Positions 27,465 to 35,840 of a DNA stretch of 64,000 bases are shown here, in pieces (position 1 is the stretch's first letter; each line of letters opens with the position of its first letter). This stretch comes from a virus: positions 64,001 through 128,000 of the IMG/VR virus record IMGVR_UViG_3300025913_000021; one strand, 5' to 3'. The notes under the pieces were generated by a model. That model searched no databases. It saw only the letters and a list, made by a program, of their open reading frames with translations, and was not told where the DNA came from. The translations under genes were made by a program, and so were the position numbers.

Positions 27465-27941
27465 TCATGACGGAGAGGCTAGCTGGTCGTCATCGAGGAC
27501 ATCAAGCGATTTCCGAACACCGCACTCGCATCCTGGAGCGAGGCACTGGCCTCGGTGATGGCGGGCCCGAGCATGTGGGCAGCCGCAGGGTTCCGGCATG
27601 GAAAGCAACGTCCGTCCGATTCCCTGCATCGGCTCGGCCTCGACGTGCCCATGTCGCTCGATGGCCAGGCCGGTGGTGCCTGCACCCTCTGGACTCAGCA
27701 GGAAGTAGAGGATCTCCTGGGCGCGCTGCTTCGGAATCTGGTAGCTGTCGTGCACGTAGTCGTGATGCCGACGGCACAGCGTGATCAGGTTCTCGGGCAC
27801 GTCGTGCGCATAGCCGCGCCGGTAGGTGATGTGGTGCACGTCGTAGGGCGGCTGGTTGGTCGCCCCGCACCACCGGCAGCGGTAGTTGTCCCGCTCGAAG
27901 ATCGCGAGCTTGAGCTTCTTCGGCAGGCCCGTGTAGGTCAC
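27465..27941 (-). CDS. HNH endonuclease
   Basis: FERDNYRCRWCG...VHHI...ENLITLCRRHH. Confidence 0.88.
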   Translation of the reverse strand: MTYTGLPKKLKLAIFERDNYRCRWCGATNQPPYDVHHITYRRGYAHDVPENLITLCRRHHDYVHDSYQIPKQRAQEILYFLLSPEGAGTTGLAIERHGHVEAEPMQGIGRTLLSMPEPCGCPHARARHHRGQCLAPGCECGVRKSLDVLDDDQLASPS

Positions 27942-28168
27942 GCCTCGGCCGCGTCCTCGTTCTCGTCCTCGACCTCGTGCTGCCCGACGAGCCACTTCTT
28001 GTTCGTGGCCAGGTGCAGCGAGATCGTGTGCTCGCCGGGCTGCTGAGCCGCACGGAAGAACTCGATCAACATGTCCTTGTTGACCTCGGCCCAGAACACC
28101 TCCTCGCCCTTCTCGTCGAACACGCGCAACGTCGGTAGGTCACCACTGCCTCGCGGGGTGTCACTCAT
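27938..28168 (-). CDS. hypothetical protein
   Basis: GGAG RBS; within the overlapping chain. Confidence 0.55.
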   Translation of the reverse strand: MSDTPRGSGDLPTLRVFDEKGEEVFWAEVNKDMLIEFFRAAQQPGEHTISLHLATNKKWLVGQHEVEDENEDAAEA

Positions 28169-28565
28169 GCTTCTCCGACCAATCCGGTGCATCGACGCCA
28201 CCATGCCGAGGCACGCCGAGTGGGTTGCGCGAGTTCGGCTCCTCGGCCGTATTCGGGATGCTGTTGGCATAGCTCATCGGCTGGATCTGGAAGTCGATGG
28301 GCTTGCTCAGTCCGCTCGACTGCTGGATCTGCAATGAGAGAGCAGTGTTCACAAGACGCAGCCGACGCATGTCGTCGCCACGACCGCCGAACATCTTCAT
28401 GAAGTCGTCGTCGTCCAGGATCAGACGCACGTCGATATCCCGGTAGTCGCTCGTCCTCAGCGCCGACCCGACGAGGTACGGCGTCGAGCCGAACGCCTCG
28501 CGGATCGGCTGGCAGGCCCAGTTCAGCCGCATCAGGTCCGACGGGCTCAGGCCACTGCCTCTCAT
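28161..28565 (-). CDS. minimal nucleotidyltransferase (Pol-beta superfamily)
   Basis: YLVGSA...YRDIDVRL (hGS...DxD) plus a third Asp in PIDFQ. Confidence 0.78.
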   Translation of the reverse strand: MRGSGLSPSDLMRLNWACQPIREAFGSTPYLVGSALRTSDYRDIDVRLILDDDDFMKMFGGRGDDMRRLRLVNTALSLQIQQSSGLSKPIDFQIQPMSYANSIPNTAEEPNSRNPLGVPRHGGVDAPDWSEKHE

Positions 28566-28927
28566 GACGCGATGAAGAACGGGCGTCGGTAGAAGTGACC
28601 CGGGTAGCCGATGTTCATCGAGTTGAAGTTGATCATGTCGATGAACTCCTGCATCTGCTCGCGCGACAGGTGCTGGTAGTAGAACTTCCCCTCGTGCTGG
28701 CCGTCCGGGCTCTTGAGGTACGCCTTGTAGTTCTTGTCGGTCGGCGAGACCTCGTGTCCGTCACGCAGGCCCTGCATGAAGTCGTCCGGGTGCATCGAGC
28801 CGCAGTAGGAACAGCCGCGCGTCTGATTCACCAGGCCGCGACCCTCGCGCCAGTCGTCCGGCGTGCCCTGCTCGTCGCCGCCGTACGCGAACAGCTCATT
28901 GCGACGAGGGCATCGGAACTCACCCAA
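28562..28927 (-). CDS. hypothetical protein
   Basis: CSYCGSMHP, KFYYQHL. Confidence 0.7.
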   Translation of the reverse strand: MGEFRCPRRNELFAYGGDEQGTPDDWREGRGLVNQTRGCSYCGSMHPDDFMQGLRDGHEVSPTDKNYKAYLKSPDGQHEGKFYYQHLSREQMQEFIDMINFNSMNIGYPGHFYRRPFFIAS

Positions 28928-29621
28928 TCTTGAGCACCTGCCCGGCCTCGATGTGGTTGATGTCGTGGATGCCGTTGAGCCGCGCGATCGACTGCGCGGT
29001 GATCCACTTCTGCGGGTACTTGTGAGCGATCGTCGTGAGCGTGTCGCCCGGCCGGACCTTGTAGTGGTCCACGATCCCGTGACCGCTCGGGGCAGGCGGC
29101 TTCGGCGTGGGCGGGTGCGGCGTCGGCACGTTGGGGTTCACCTGCGCCCAGAGCGCCTTGCGGATCTGGATCGCCCGGGCATCGTTGCGCCGGTAGTTGC
29201 CCCCGGTTGGGTCGAACGAGCCCTGGACGGACTGCGCGGCGTCCCAGTTGGTCATGTGCAGCCAGTTGCGCTTGAACAGCTCGGTGAGGAACTTGCGCGT
29301 CGAGTAGCCCACGTCCATGCACTGCGAGGTCGTGCCCCAGTTGGCCGTCGAGTTGACCGCCCCGCCGACCTGCTGCTGGTACAGCCCGACGGAGCCGTGG
29401 TCCCAGCCCACCGCGTCGTGCGGCAGGCGCATGCTGAGCGGGTTGTTGCCGTTGGCGTACATCCGCAGGCCCGACTCGGTGAGCACGGTCCCCAGAGCAA
29501 TGTCAGCGGCGCGCTGCGCCACGGCGGGCGACAGCTTCATCCCCTTGATGATGGCGATGATCTTGTAGGCCCAGTTGAACTGCGACTTCGTGAGCCCGAG
29601 CGAGGCAGGAGTGGCGGTCAT
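28920..29621 (-). CDS. lysozyme-like peptidoglycan hydrolase with C-terminal LysM (candidate endolysin)
   Basis: ALGTVLTESGL (catalytic E), DHGSVGLYQQ, WG, AAQSVQGS; Pro linker; LysM YKVRPGDTLTTIA...IARLNGI.D.NHI.AGQVLKI; AAGGAGG RBS. Confidence 0.82.
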   Translation of the reverse strand: MTATPASLGLTKSQFNWAYKIIAIIKGMKLSPAVAQRAADIALGTVLTESGLRMYANGNNPLSMRLPHDAVGWDHGSVGLYQQQVGGAVNSTANWGTTSQCMDVGYSTRKFLTELFKRNWLHMTNWDAAQSVQGSFDPTGGNYRRNDARAIQIRKALWAQVNPNVPTPHPPTPKPPAPSGHGIVDHYKVRPGDTLTTIAHKYPQKWITAQSIARLNGIHDINHIEAGQVLKIG

Positions 29622-29665
29622 ACCTCCTTGTTCGGACTCCGACCACAGCAGTATGAACTCGGAAC

Positions 29666-30256
29666 TCACTCCCCGATCAGAAGCTGAACGATCTGCTCGT
29701 CCGTCGGCTGCTGGCCGTACCTGGATGCTGTCGCTCCGCGCTGACCCTGGTACTTCGAGTTCAGCCCCGGGTGGCCATACGGCCTCTCCGCAGGCCGGTC
29801 CAGATACGTGAAGCTCACCTGGCAGATCCGCATACCGACAGGCAGCCGAATCGGGAACGGCGAGACGTTGGATAGTTCCAACGTGATCTGACCCTCGAAG
29901 CCCGGGTCGATGAAGCCCGCCGTCGCGTGCACCAACAGACCCAGCCTGCCCAGGCTCGACTTCCCGTCCACCTGGCCAACGAGATCCCGGGGGAGTTGCA
30001 CCGACTCGATCGTCGATGCCAGGACGAAGCGTCCCGGGTACAGCACGCACCCCCCGGAGATCACTTCGGTCATATCGGTCGGTTCCATTGGGTCGATGAT
30101 CGGTGCGATCTGATCGAGCGACGGCTGCGTGAACTCGCGAAACGAATCGGCCAAACGGAGATCGACGCTGCACGGTTGGATCGCATCCTCGTCCAGGGGG
30201 TCGATGCCCAGTCGGCCGTGGTGGATCAGCTTGCGGATGGTGCCGTCACTGAGCAC
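29666..30256 (-). CDS. dcd: dCTP deaminase
   Basis: VLSD, IQPCSVDLRL, DGKSSLGRLGL.VHATAGFIDPGFEGQITLELSN, SKYQGQ. Confidence 0.95.
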   Translation of the reverse strand: MLSDGTIRKLIHHGRLGIDPLDEDAIQPCSVDLRLADSFREFTQPSLDQIAPIIDPMEPTDMTEVISGGCVLYPGRFVLASTIESVQLPRDLVGQVDGKSSLGRLGLLVHATAGFIDPGFEGQITLELSNVSPFPIRLPVGMRICQVSFTYLDRPAERPYGHPGLNSKYQGQRGATASRYGQQPTDEQIVQLLIGE

Positions 30257-30842
30257 GGTAGGGCTCGCTATCGGGGATGTCGCCGGGCGCATCGCTCGGC
30301 GTGACGAGGAACGGGTCGGCCGCGAAGCAGGTGTTGAGGTGCACCAGCTCGTGCCCGAGCTGCACGTCCCAGTGGTTGCGCGCCGTTTTCGAGACTTCCA
30401 CGGCGGTCTCGATCGCGCGGCCTCGGACGATATAGGCGAGCGTCCGAAGTGGCTGCACGCAGCGAGCGGTGTTCGCACCCATCGGGATCGGCCGACGGAC
30501 GTGCTCACCGCCGAGGTAGATCGACTCCCAGAACGGAGGGAGTTCGCTGATAACCCGGCTTATCACCTGCCGGAAGTTCGGCTGCACCACGGCGTCGTCC
30601 TCCAGTACGAGGACCGTCGCGCCCTTCGGGGAGCCCTCCAGCACCGCACGGTGGCTCATCATGCAGCCGTACGCCTCGGGCGACCCGATCCAGTTCGACG
30701 GCGGGGTGAGCGTGCCACCCTCGATCGCGTCGATGATGCGGATCGGGAAGCCGAGGCGCTGGTCGAGACCGACCAGGGCAGCCCGACGATCAGTACGGCG
30801 AGCCAGCGATATGCACGCCGCGAAGTCGGGCTGCCAGGTCAT
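30246..30842 (-). CDS. glycosyltransferase family 25
   Basis: ISLARRTDRR, DAIEG, GCMMSH, LVLEDDA, IYLGG, AYIV. Confidence 0.82.
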   Translation of the reverse strand: MTWQPDFAACISLARRTDRRAALVGLDQRLGFPIRIIDAIEGGTLTPPSNWIGSPEAYGCMMSHRAVLEGSPKGATVLVLEDDAVVQPNFRQVISRVISELPPFWESIYLGGEHVRRPIPMGANTARCVQPLRTLAYIVRGRAIETAVEVSKTARNHWDVQLGHELVHLNTCFAADPFLVTPSDAPGDIPDSEPYRAQ

Positions 30843-31363
30843 CAGAAGCCGACCCCCTCCGGGATCTCGTCGAACCGATGCTCGTCGGATTCTTCCACCG
30901 GCTCGGCCGATTCGACCTGGAGGGCGCGCTTCTCGGCGTCCTTGGCCTCCACGTCGGACCAGTCCTCGTCGGGCGCAGGGGCCAGCTCGTTGACCAGCTC
31001 GGCGGGGTCCTCACCCGGCTCCTCTGCCTGGTCCTCGCGGCCCGGCTCCTCCTCGATGACCTTGTTCTGCTTGGCCTTCTCGGCAGCCTCTGCGGCCTCG
31101 AACATGGCCTTGCGCTGCGCCGGGGTGAGCACGGACAGGATCTGCGCCTCCTCGACCACCAGCATGTGGTGCAGCGTCGAGTTGCCCTTGCGATCCTCGC
31201 CATCCGTGCGTGCCCTCACGCGCAGCGAGAGGTTGATGTTGAGGATCGTGCCCTTGGGCCAGTCCCCCTCGACCTCCAGCTTCGTGCTCGGGATCTGGGC
31301 CGTGTAGGTGACGGCCTCCTCCTGCTCCTCCGGTGGCTGTTCCACCGAATCGGGCTCGGTCAT
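30842..31363 (-). CDS. acidic hypothetical protein
   Basis: 173 aa, GGAG RBS, acidic tail ending GVGF. Confidence 0.7.
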   Translation of the reverse strand: MTEPDSVEQPPEEQEEAVTYTAQIPSTKLEVEGDWPKGTILNINLSLRVRARTDGEDRKGNSTLHHMLVVEEAQILSVLTPAQRKAMFEAAEAAEKAKQNKVIEEEPGREDQAEEPGEDPAELVNELAPAPDEDWSDVEAKDAEKRALQVESAEPVEESDEHRFDEIPEGVGF

Positions 31364-31366
31364 GCG

Positions 31367-31858
31367 TCAGTCTCCGCTCTCGATGGCCGGTGGGCCGGAT
31401 GCGCCACCGGGAAGTCCGGGCAGCAGGTCGATCGCCTGCCCCAGCTTGTACGCGACCTCGATCCGCTCGCGCACCACGTCACCCACGGTGCGTCCATCAG
31501 GCAGCACGATGTGGGCCATGAACTCGTCCTCGAACGTGGTCACCCCCGTCGAGACGGCTTCGAGCTTCGCCTTGATCACCAGCACCATCGAGCGCCAGCG
31601 TCGGCGAACCTCCTGGTCGTACGCGCCCTCGGGGTTGGTGCGAGTGCGCCCGCTCGGGCCGATGTGAAACCGACGCTCGTCTGGATCGGGCAACGGCACC
31701 GTGAAGCGGACGACCCGTTCGTGTGCTCGGAACGCCACCTGGGCGAACCCGCCGTCCCAGCCGTAGGTGAAGCCGTTCGCCCCGTACTTGAGCAGGAGCT
31801 TGGCTATCTCCGCCTGCGACTTCTCCGGCGAGACCGAGGTGGACTCGGCGTACGCCAC
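31367..31858 (-). CDS. conserved hypothetical phage protein
   Basis: YAESTSV...KSQAEI..LL.KYGA; WR...L.IKAKLEAV..G..TFE.EF. Confidence 0.75.
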   Translation of the reverse strand: MAYAESTSVSPEKSQAEIAKLLLKYGANGFTYGWDGGFAQVAFRAHERVVRFTVPLPDPDERRFHIGPSGRTRTNPEGAYDQEVRRRWRSMVLVIKAKLEAVSTGVTTFEDEFMAHIVLPDGRTVGDVVRERIEVAYKLGQAIDLLPGLPGGASGPPAIESGD

Positions 31859-31862
31859 GGCA

Positions 31863-32102
31863 CTACGGCTGTCGCGCGATGGCGGCGTTGGCCCACATGA
31901 GGGCCTCCTCCAACTTCGTGATCACCAGTGCGTGCTCGCGGCCGGGCGGCAGGGCCGCGTCCAGCAGCGAGACGAACTCGATGAACAGCGCCCGCGTCTT
32001 TTCGTGCGCATCGGCACGGCCAGGTTGCGTTGGCGGGTGGTAGCTGAACCGGTTCTTGATGTCCTCGGACGGCTCCGGTGCGTCCGCGATGATCTGACCC
32101 AT
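31863..32102 (-). CDS. Acb2/Tad1-like helical hairpin (candidate nucleotide-signal sponge)
   Basis: NRFSYHPP...PPGREHALVITKLEEALMWANAAIAR; family recognised from memory. Confidence 0.65.
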   Translation of the reverse strand: MGQIIADAPEPSEDIKNRFSYHPPTQPGRADAHEKTRALFIEFVSLLDAALPPGREHALVITKLEEALMWANAAIARQP

Positions 32103-32867
32103 CGTCTCTCTCTCCATTCTCCGCAGGTCGAGTGCGGATCAGCTCGCGATGAGCTGCTGTTCCGTGGGCAATCCAAGCATGGCGAGCAGCTCCGGTACAG
32201 CATCTGCGCGCCCGTGTCGGCGGACCACCCGCGCAGCTCGGATGAGCTGATCGGCGGTGTTCTGGTATGGATGCGTGTCGGTTTTCATCGGTGGCGGCTT
32301 GATGGCCACGGGCTCGTTCTCCTGGCGAGGCTGCTTGTACGGGATCGGGATCGCGTGGCGGTAGAAGAACCGCTCCATCGACTCCGGGCCGGTGAACCCT
32401 AGCCGGTGCGCTAGCTCCTCCGCGTCACGAAGGCCCGCCTCGACGAGGTACGCCGCCTCGTCCCGGACGATCTGCCACCGGTCCTGGTTCTCCAGCTCGC
32501 TGCTCCGTCCGAGCACGCCAGCGGGCGACATCTGGGTCACGTTCCCACTCGTCCTGTTTCCGGTCCGTCTCGGGGCCGGGCGGGAGTCGCAAGAGCCACT
32601 CCCGCTCGGCCTCGAAGTTCCGTCCAATTCCACTGCGGGGCATTGCCTCAGTCCGATCTCGATCTCGATGCCGATGATGAGGTCGAGTACCCCCCACTCC
32701 CACTCATCCACGCCGAGCTTGCTCCTGGTGGATCAGGCCATTCAAGGTCCGCAGGCTCTCGTTGAAGCAGTCCATGCAGACCCACTTCGCCTCGGCCGCG
32801 TACGGACTGCCGATGCCCACGACGGCGGGCGGGTGCGTCGGGTCGTTGACGCACGGATCGCCGTAGC

Positions 32868-34922
32868 TCATTGGGCGTTCAGAGCTACCGTCTTGACCTC
32901 GCAGGCATCGGTGGTGCAGTACGCCTCGCCGACGGCCTCGCTGGCGTTGAGCCCCGCGTAGATCGGCTCCAGGTCGATCTTGAACAGCCGCATACTGGCG
33001 TCCGTCCATTCGTCCTGGTCGATCTGGGTGTAGGGCTGCTGCGGGTAGACCGCGTTGCCCATCGGGAGGAAGCTCACCGTCTTGAGCTGGCCCTCGTGCA
33101 TGTGCAGCACAGTGCCGACGTGCGCCGCCTCCTTCTCCGCGTCGAAGCTCAGCGTCACCGACACGGAATTGTCACTCCAATAGCGCTGCGCGATGACCGC
33201 GAGGTTCGCCTTCTCGAAGATCGTCACGTCCTTCTCCGCGCGCTTGGCCGGGGCGTGGATCGGGAAGTAGCAGACCACCGTGTTGTCCGGGTCGGACACG
33301 TCGGTCTCGATCGTGTAGCCCGCCTGCCGGAGCAGCGGCACGAGCGCGTTGTCCTTGGCCAGGCGCATCGCCCGGTTGAAGAACTCGCCACCCGGAGCCC
33401 AATGGACGCCCGGCGATTCTCCGGCCAGGATGCTGACGGTGCCCGAGGGCTTCACCGTGGTGGTCTTGATGCTGGGCCGGATGCACAGCCACTCGGAGTA
33501 GATCTCGTCGTACTTCTGGACCGTGGCGTAGCCCTCGTTGAGCCACGTCCGCAGCTCGGTCATGCCACGGTTGTCGGCGAAGTTCGCGATGCCCGAGGCC
33601 GAGCAACCGATGCGCCGGTTGCGCTGCATGATCGCGTTGGTGCGCTCCCAGTGGGTCGGCAGCAGGGTCACCGTCTTGGCGTACATGTAGGCGTACTTGA
33701 GCGTGCGCTGGAAGTCCTCCAGCGACTCGTGCCGGTTGAGGTAGGTCTCGACCAGCGTGCACATCTCGTAGGACTCCAGCGACTGCTCCGCGCATGGGTT
33801 GTAGCCCGCCACGCGCCAGTCCTTGCCGTTCGGCGGGTCGATCAGCCGCCCGTAGTCCCGCGTCACGTCCATCCAGATCAGGCCGGGCTCGCCGTTGTGG
33901 GCAATCGCATCGACCAGGTGGTCGTAGGACTCACCGACCTTGGCCTCGACGGAGTTGTTGCTCATCCAGCCCCAGCCGCGCTCGGTGGGGTCGTCCTCGT
34001 CGTTGGTCCAGAAGTTCCGCTCGGGGAACGCCTCGCGGTTCTTGAGCTGGATGAAGTCCTTGTCGTCGATGCGCCCGATCAGCAGCTCGGCCGAGCGGCG
34101 CACGTTGCCCGCCACCACGCACACGCCGATGAGGTTGCCGATGTCGGCGATGTCCACCCTGGACAGGTAGGAGCCAGCACGGCCATCGAACTTCGCCTTG
34201 ATCATCCGGTGCAGGCGCTTGAGCGGTTCGGGTCCAGCGGCAGTTCCGCCGAACGTCCGAATCGGCGCACCGGCCGGACGGATGAGCGAGTAGTCGAACT
34301 CCAGCCGGTGCTTGTCCGGCATGAGGTAACTCTCCAGCAGCATCGACATCGAGTCCACCCAGCCCTCGCGGGTGTCCGGGATGACGAACTGGCGCACGGT
34401 CTCCTTGGGCTCGTAGATCACGAACTCCTTGTCCGCGCCCTTGTCGTCGAAGCCGACGCCGACGCCGAGCATCGACGCCTCCATAAGGAAGGCGAAGGGA
34501 CCGGCCGGGTCCATCTTCGTCATGTCGGCGGTGGAGACGAACGCGCAGTTCTGGAGCGCCGCGCTGTTGCGCTGGTCGTAGACGAGCGGCGTCCCGGCGA
34601 CCCACAGGCCACGACCGGGCGGGGTCCACTTGAAGGTGAACATGCGCTCGAACGCGTCCTGGGCCGAGCGCTGCGCCTTGTGATCGTTCCAGGGCAGCCG
34701 GTTGCTCTTGCAGTGGTTCTTCTGCTCGGAGAACATCCACTCGATCACGCGGCGGCAGACCTCGTACCAGCGCTCCTTGGTGCCGTCCTCCTTGATCCTG
34801 GAGTACGTGCGCAGGAACGTGATCTCACCGAGGCTGTTCCCGGCGGCGTCCTGATACCCCCAGTCCACTCGGCGTGTCGCGAAGGACTGCACGAAGTTGT
34901 CGGCGAGCTTGAAGCTCAGCAT
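32868..34922 (-). CDS. nrdJ: class II (AdoCbl-dependent) ribonucleotide reductase, monomeric RTPR type
   Basis: TFLRTYSR, PPGRGLW, LQNCAF, GNVRRSAE, NPCAEQ, TTVKPSGT, C-terminal CTTDAC. Confidence 0.93.
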   Translation of the reverse strand: MLSFKLADNFVQSFATRRVDWGYQDAAGNSLGEITFLRTYSRIKEDGTKERWYEVCRRVIEWMFSEQKNHCKSNRLPWNDHKAQRSAQDAFERMFTFKWTPPGRGLWVAGTPLVYDQRNSAALQNCAFVSTADMTKMDPAGPFAFLMEASMLGVGVGFDDKGADKEFVIYEPKETVRQFVIPDTREGWVDSMSMLLESYLMPDKHRLEFDYSLIRPAGAPIRTFGGTAAGPEPLKRLHRMIKAKFDGRAGSYLSRVDIADIGNLIGVCVVAGNVRRSAELLIGRIDDKDFIQLKNREAFPERNFWTNDEDDPTERGWGWMSNNSVEAKVGESYDHLVDAIAHNGEPGLIWMDVTRDYGRLIDPPNGKDWRVAGYNPCAEQSLESYEMCTLVETYLNRHESLEDFQRTLKYAYMYAKTVTLLPTHWERTNAIMQRNRRIGCSASGIANFADNRGMTELRTWLNEGYATVQKYDEIYSEWLCIRPSIKTTTVKPSGTVSILAGESPGVHWAPGGEFFNRAMRLAKDNALVPLLRQAGYTIETDVSDPDNTVVCYFPIHAPAKRAEKDVTIFEKANLAVIAQRYWSDNSVSVTLSFDAEKEAAHVGTVLHMHEGQLKTVSFLPMGNAVYPQQPYTQIDQDEWTDASMRLFKIDLEPIYAGLNASEAVGEAYCTTDACEVKTVALNAQ

Positions 34923-35377
34923 CTATCGGCCTTCTCTCTCTAGCTCGCACGCCGTGGGTCGAGCACGGACGTGCGTCTGTTTCGGGGGACGTTCTCTACT
35001 TCGGCAGAACGCCCCGGCAGATACCGAGGTGGACGCCGGTGCAGAACGGGCACGGCGGTGGGTCCATCAGGACCGGGTGCTGTCCGCGCACGGGTCTCGG
35101 GTTGGGCCAGCGCACGAAGGGACTCTGCTTGGTGGTGGTGATGATCGACGACATGCGGCTCCTCAGGCGGGTGGGGTCTCCTCGACCCTGACCTGATCCA
35201 TGAGTCCGGCGTCCACGACGACCCGTGCCCCGTAGTAGTAGCCGGGGTACGGATTGTCGAAGTCGGCGAAGCTCGCGATCGGGTAGCCAGGGCCGACGTG
35301 CACGACCGGGCCGGGCCACTGACACGCACGCAGGCGCGTCAGCAGCTCGGCCTCGGTCAGCCGGGCAGGTTCGTCGG

Positions 35378-35830
35378 TCACGAGCGGTGCTTCGTCACCA
35401 GCTCGACGGCCTTGGCCTCGGTGATCTTCTTGAACGCCTTGACGCCCTCGTGCTTGCCCCGTCGCTTGTAGACGAGCCAGTTCTGCGTGCACTCGCCGCA
35501 GCGCCACACGGAACCGACGAACGTCCGATCGTCGATGTGCGGCAGGATGCAGGTGTGCTCGGGCGTGATCTTGAGGATCCACCCGGCCTCGCTCGTCTCG
35601 CCGACGAACGGCTTCGGCTCGACGCTGCCCTGTGCCTCCTTGGGCGTCTCCAGCACGGCCGGGGTGCCTCGGGCCGGGTCCTCGGGCTCGGTCTCGCCCG
35701 TGGAGACGATCGTGTCGGTGTCCGCGTGCTCGCACAGCGGGTCGTGCGGCTGGCTGGGCCTCTCGGCACCACACGACGGGCACGTCGCGGCGATGGTCGG
35801 GCTCTGATCCAGTTCCTGCGTCTGCGTCAT
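35378..35830 (-). CDS. Zn-binding hypothetical protein
   Basis: CPSC, HTC, WRCGEC; GAGGAG RBS. Confidence 0.6.
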   Translation of the reverse strand: MTQTQELDQSPTIAATCPSCGAERPSQPHDPLCEHADTDTIVSTGETEPEDPARGTPAVLETPKEAQGSVEPKPFVGETSEAGWILKITPEHTCILPHIDDRTFVGSVWRCGECTQNWLVYKRRGKHEGVKAFKKITEAKAVELVTKHRS

Positions 35831-35840
35831 TCCAGCTCCT

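Noticed and set aside
32871-34943. 690-aa plus-strand ORF, and similar shadows at 55433-57961 and 39362-40885
   Set aside because: Antisense to clearly recognisable genes (NrdJ, tail hub, AAA ATPase)
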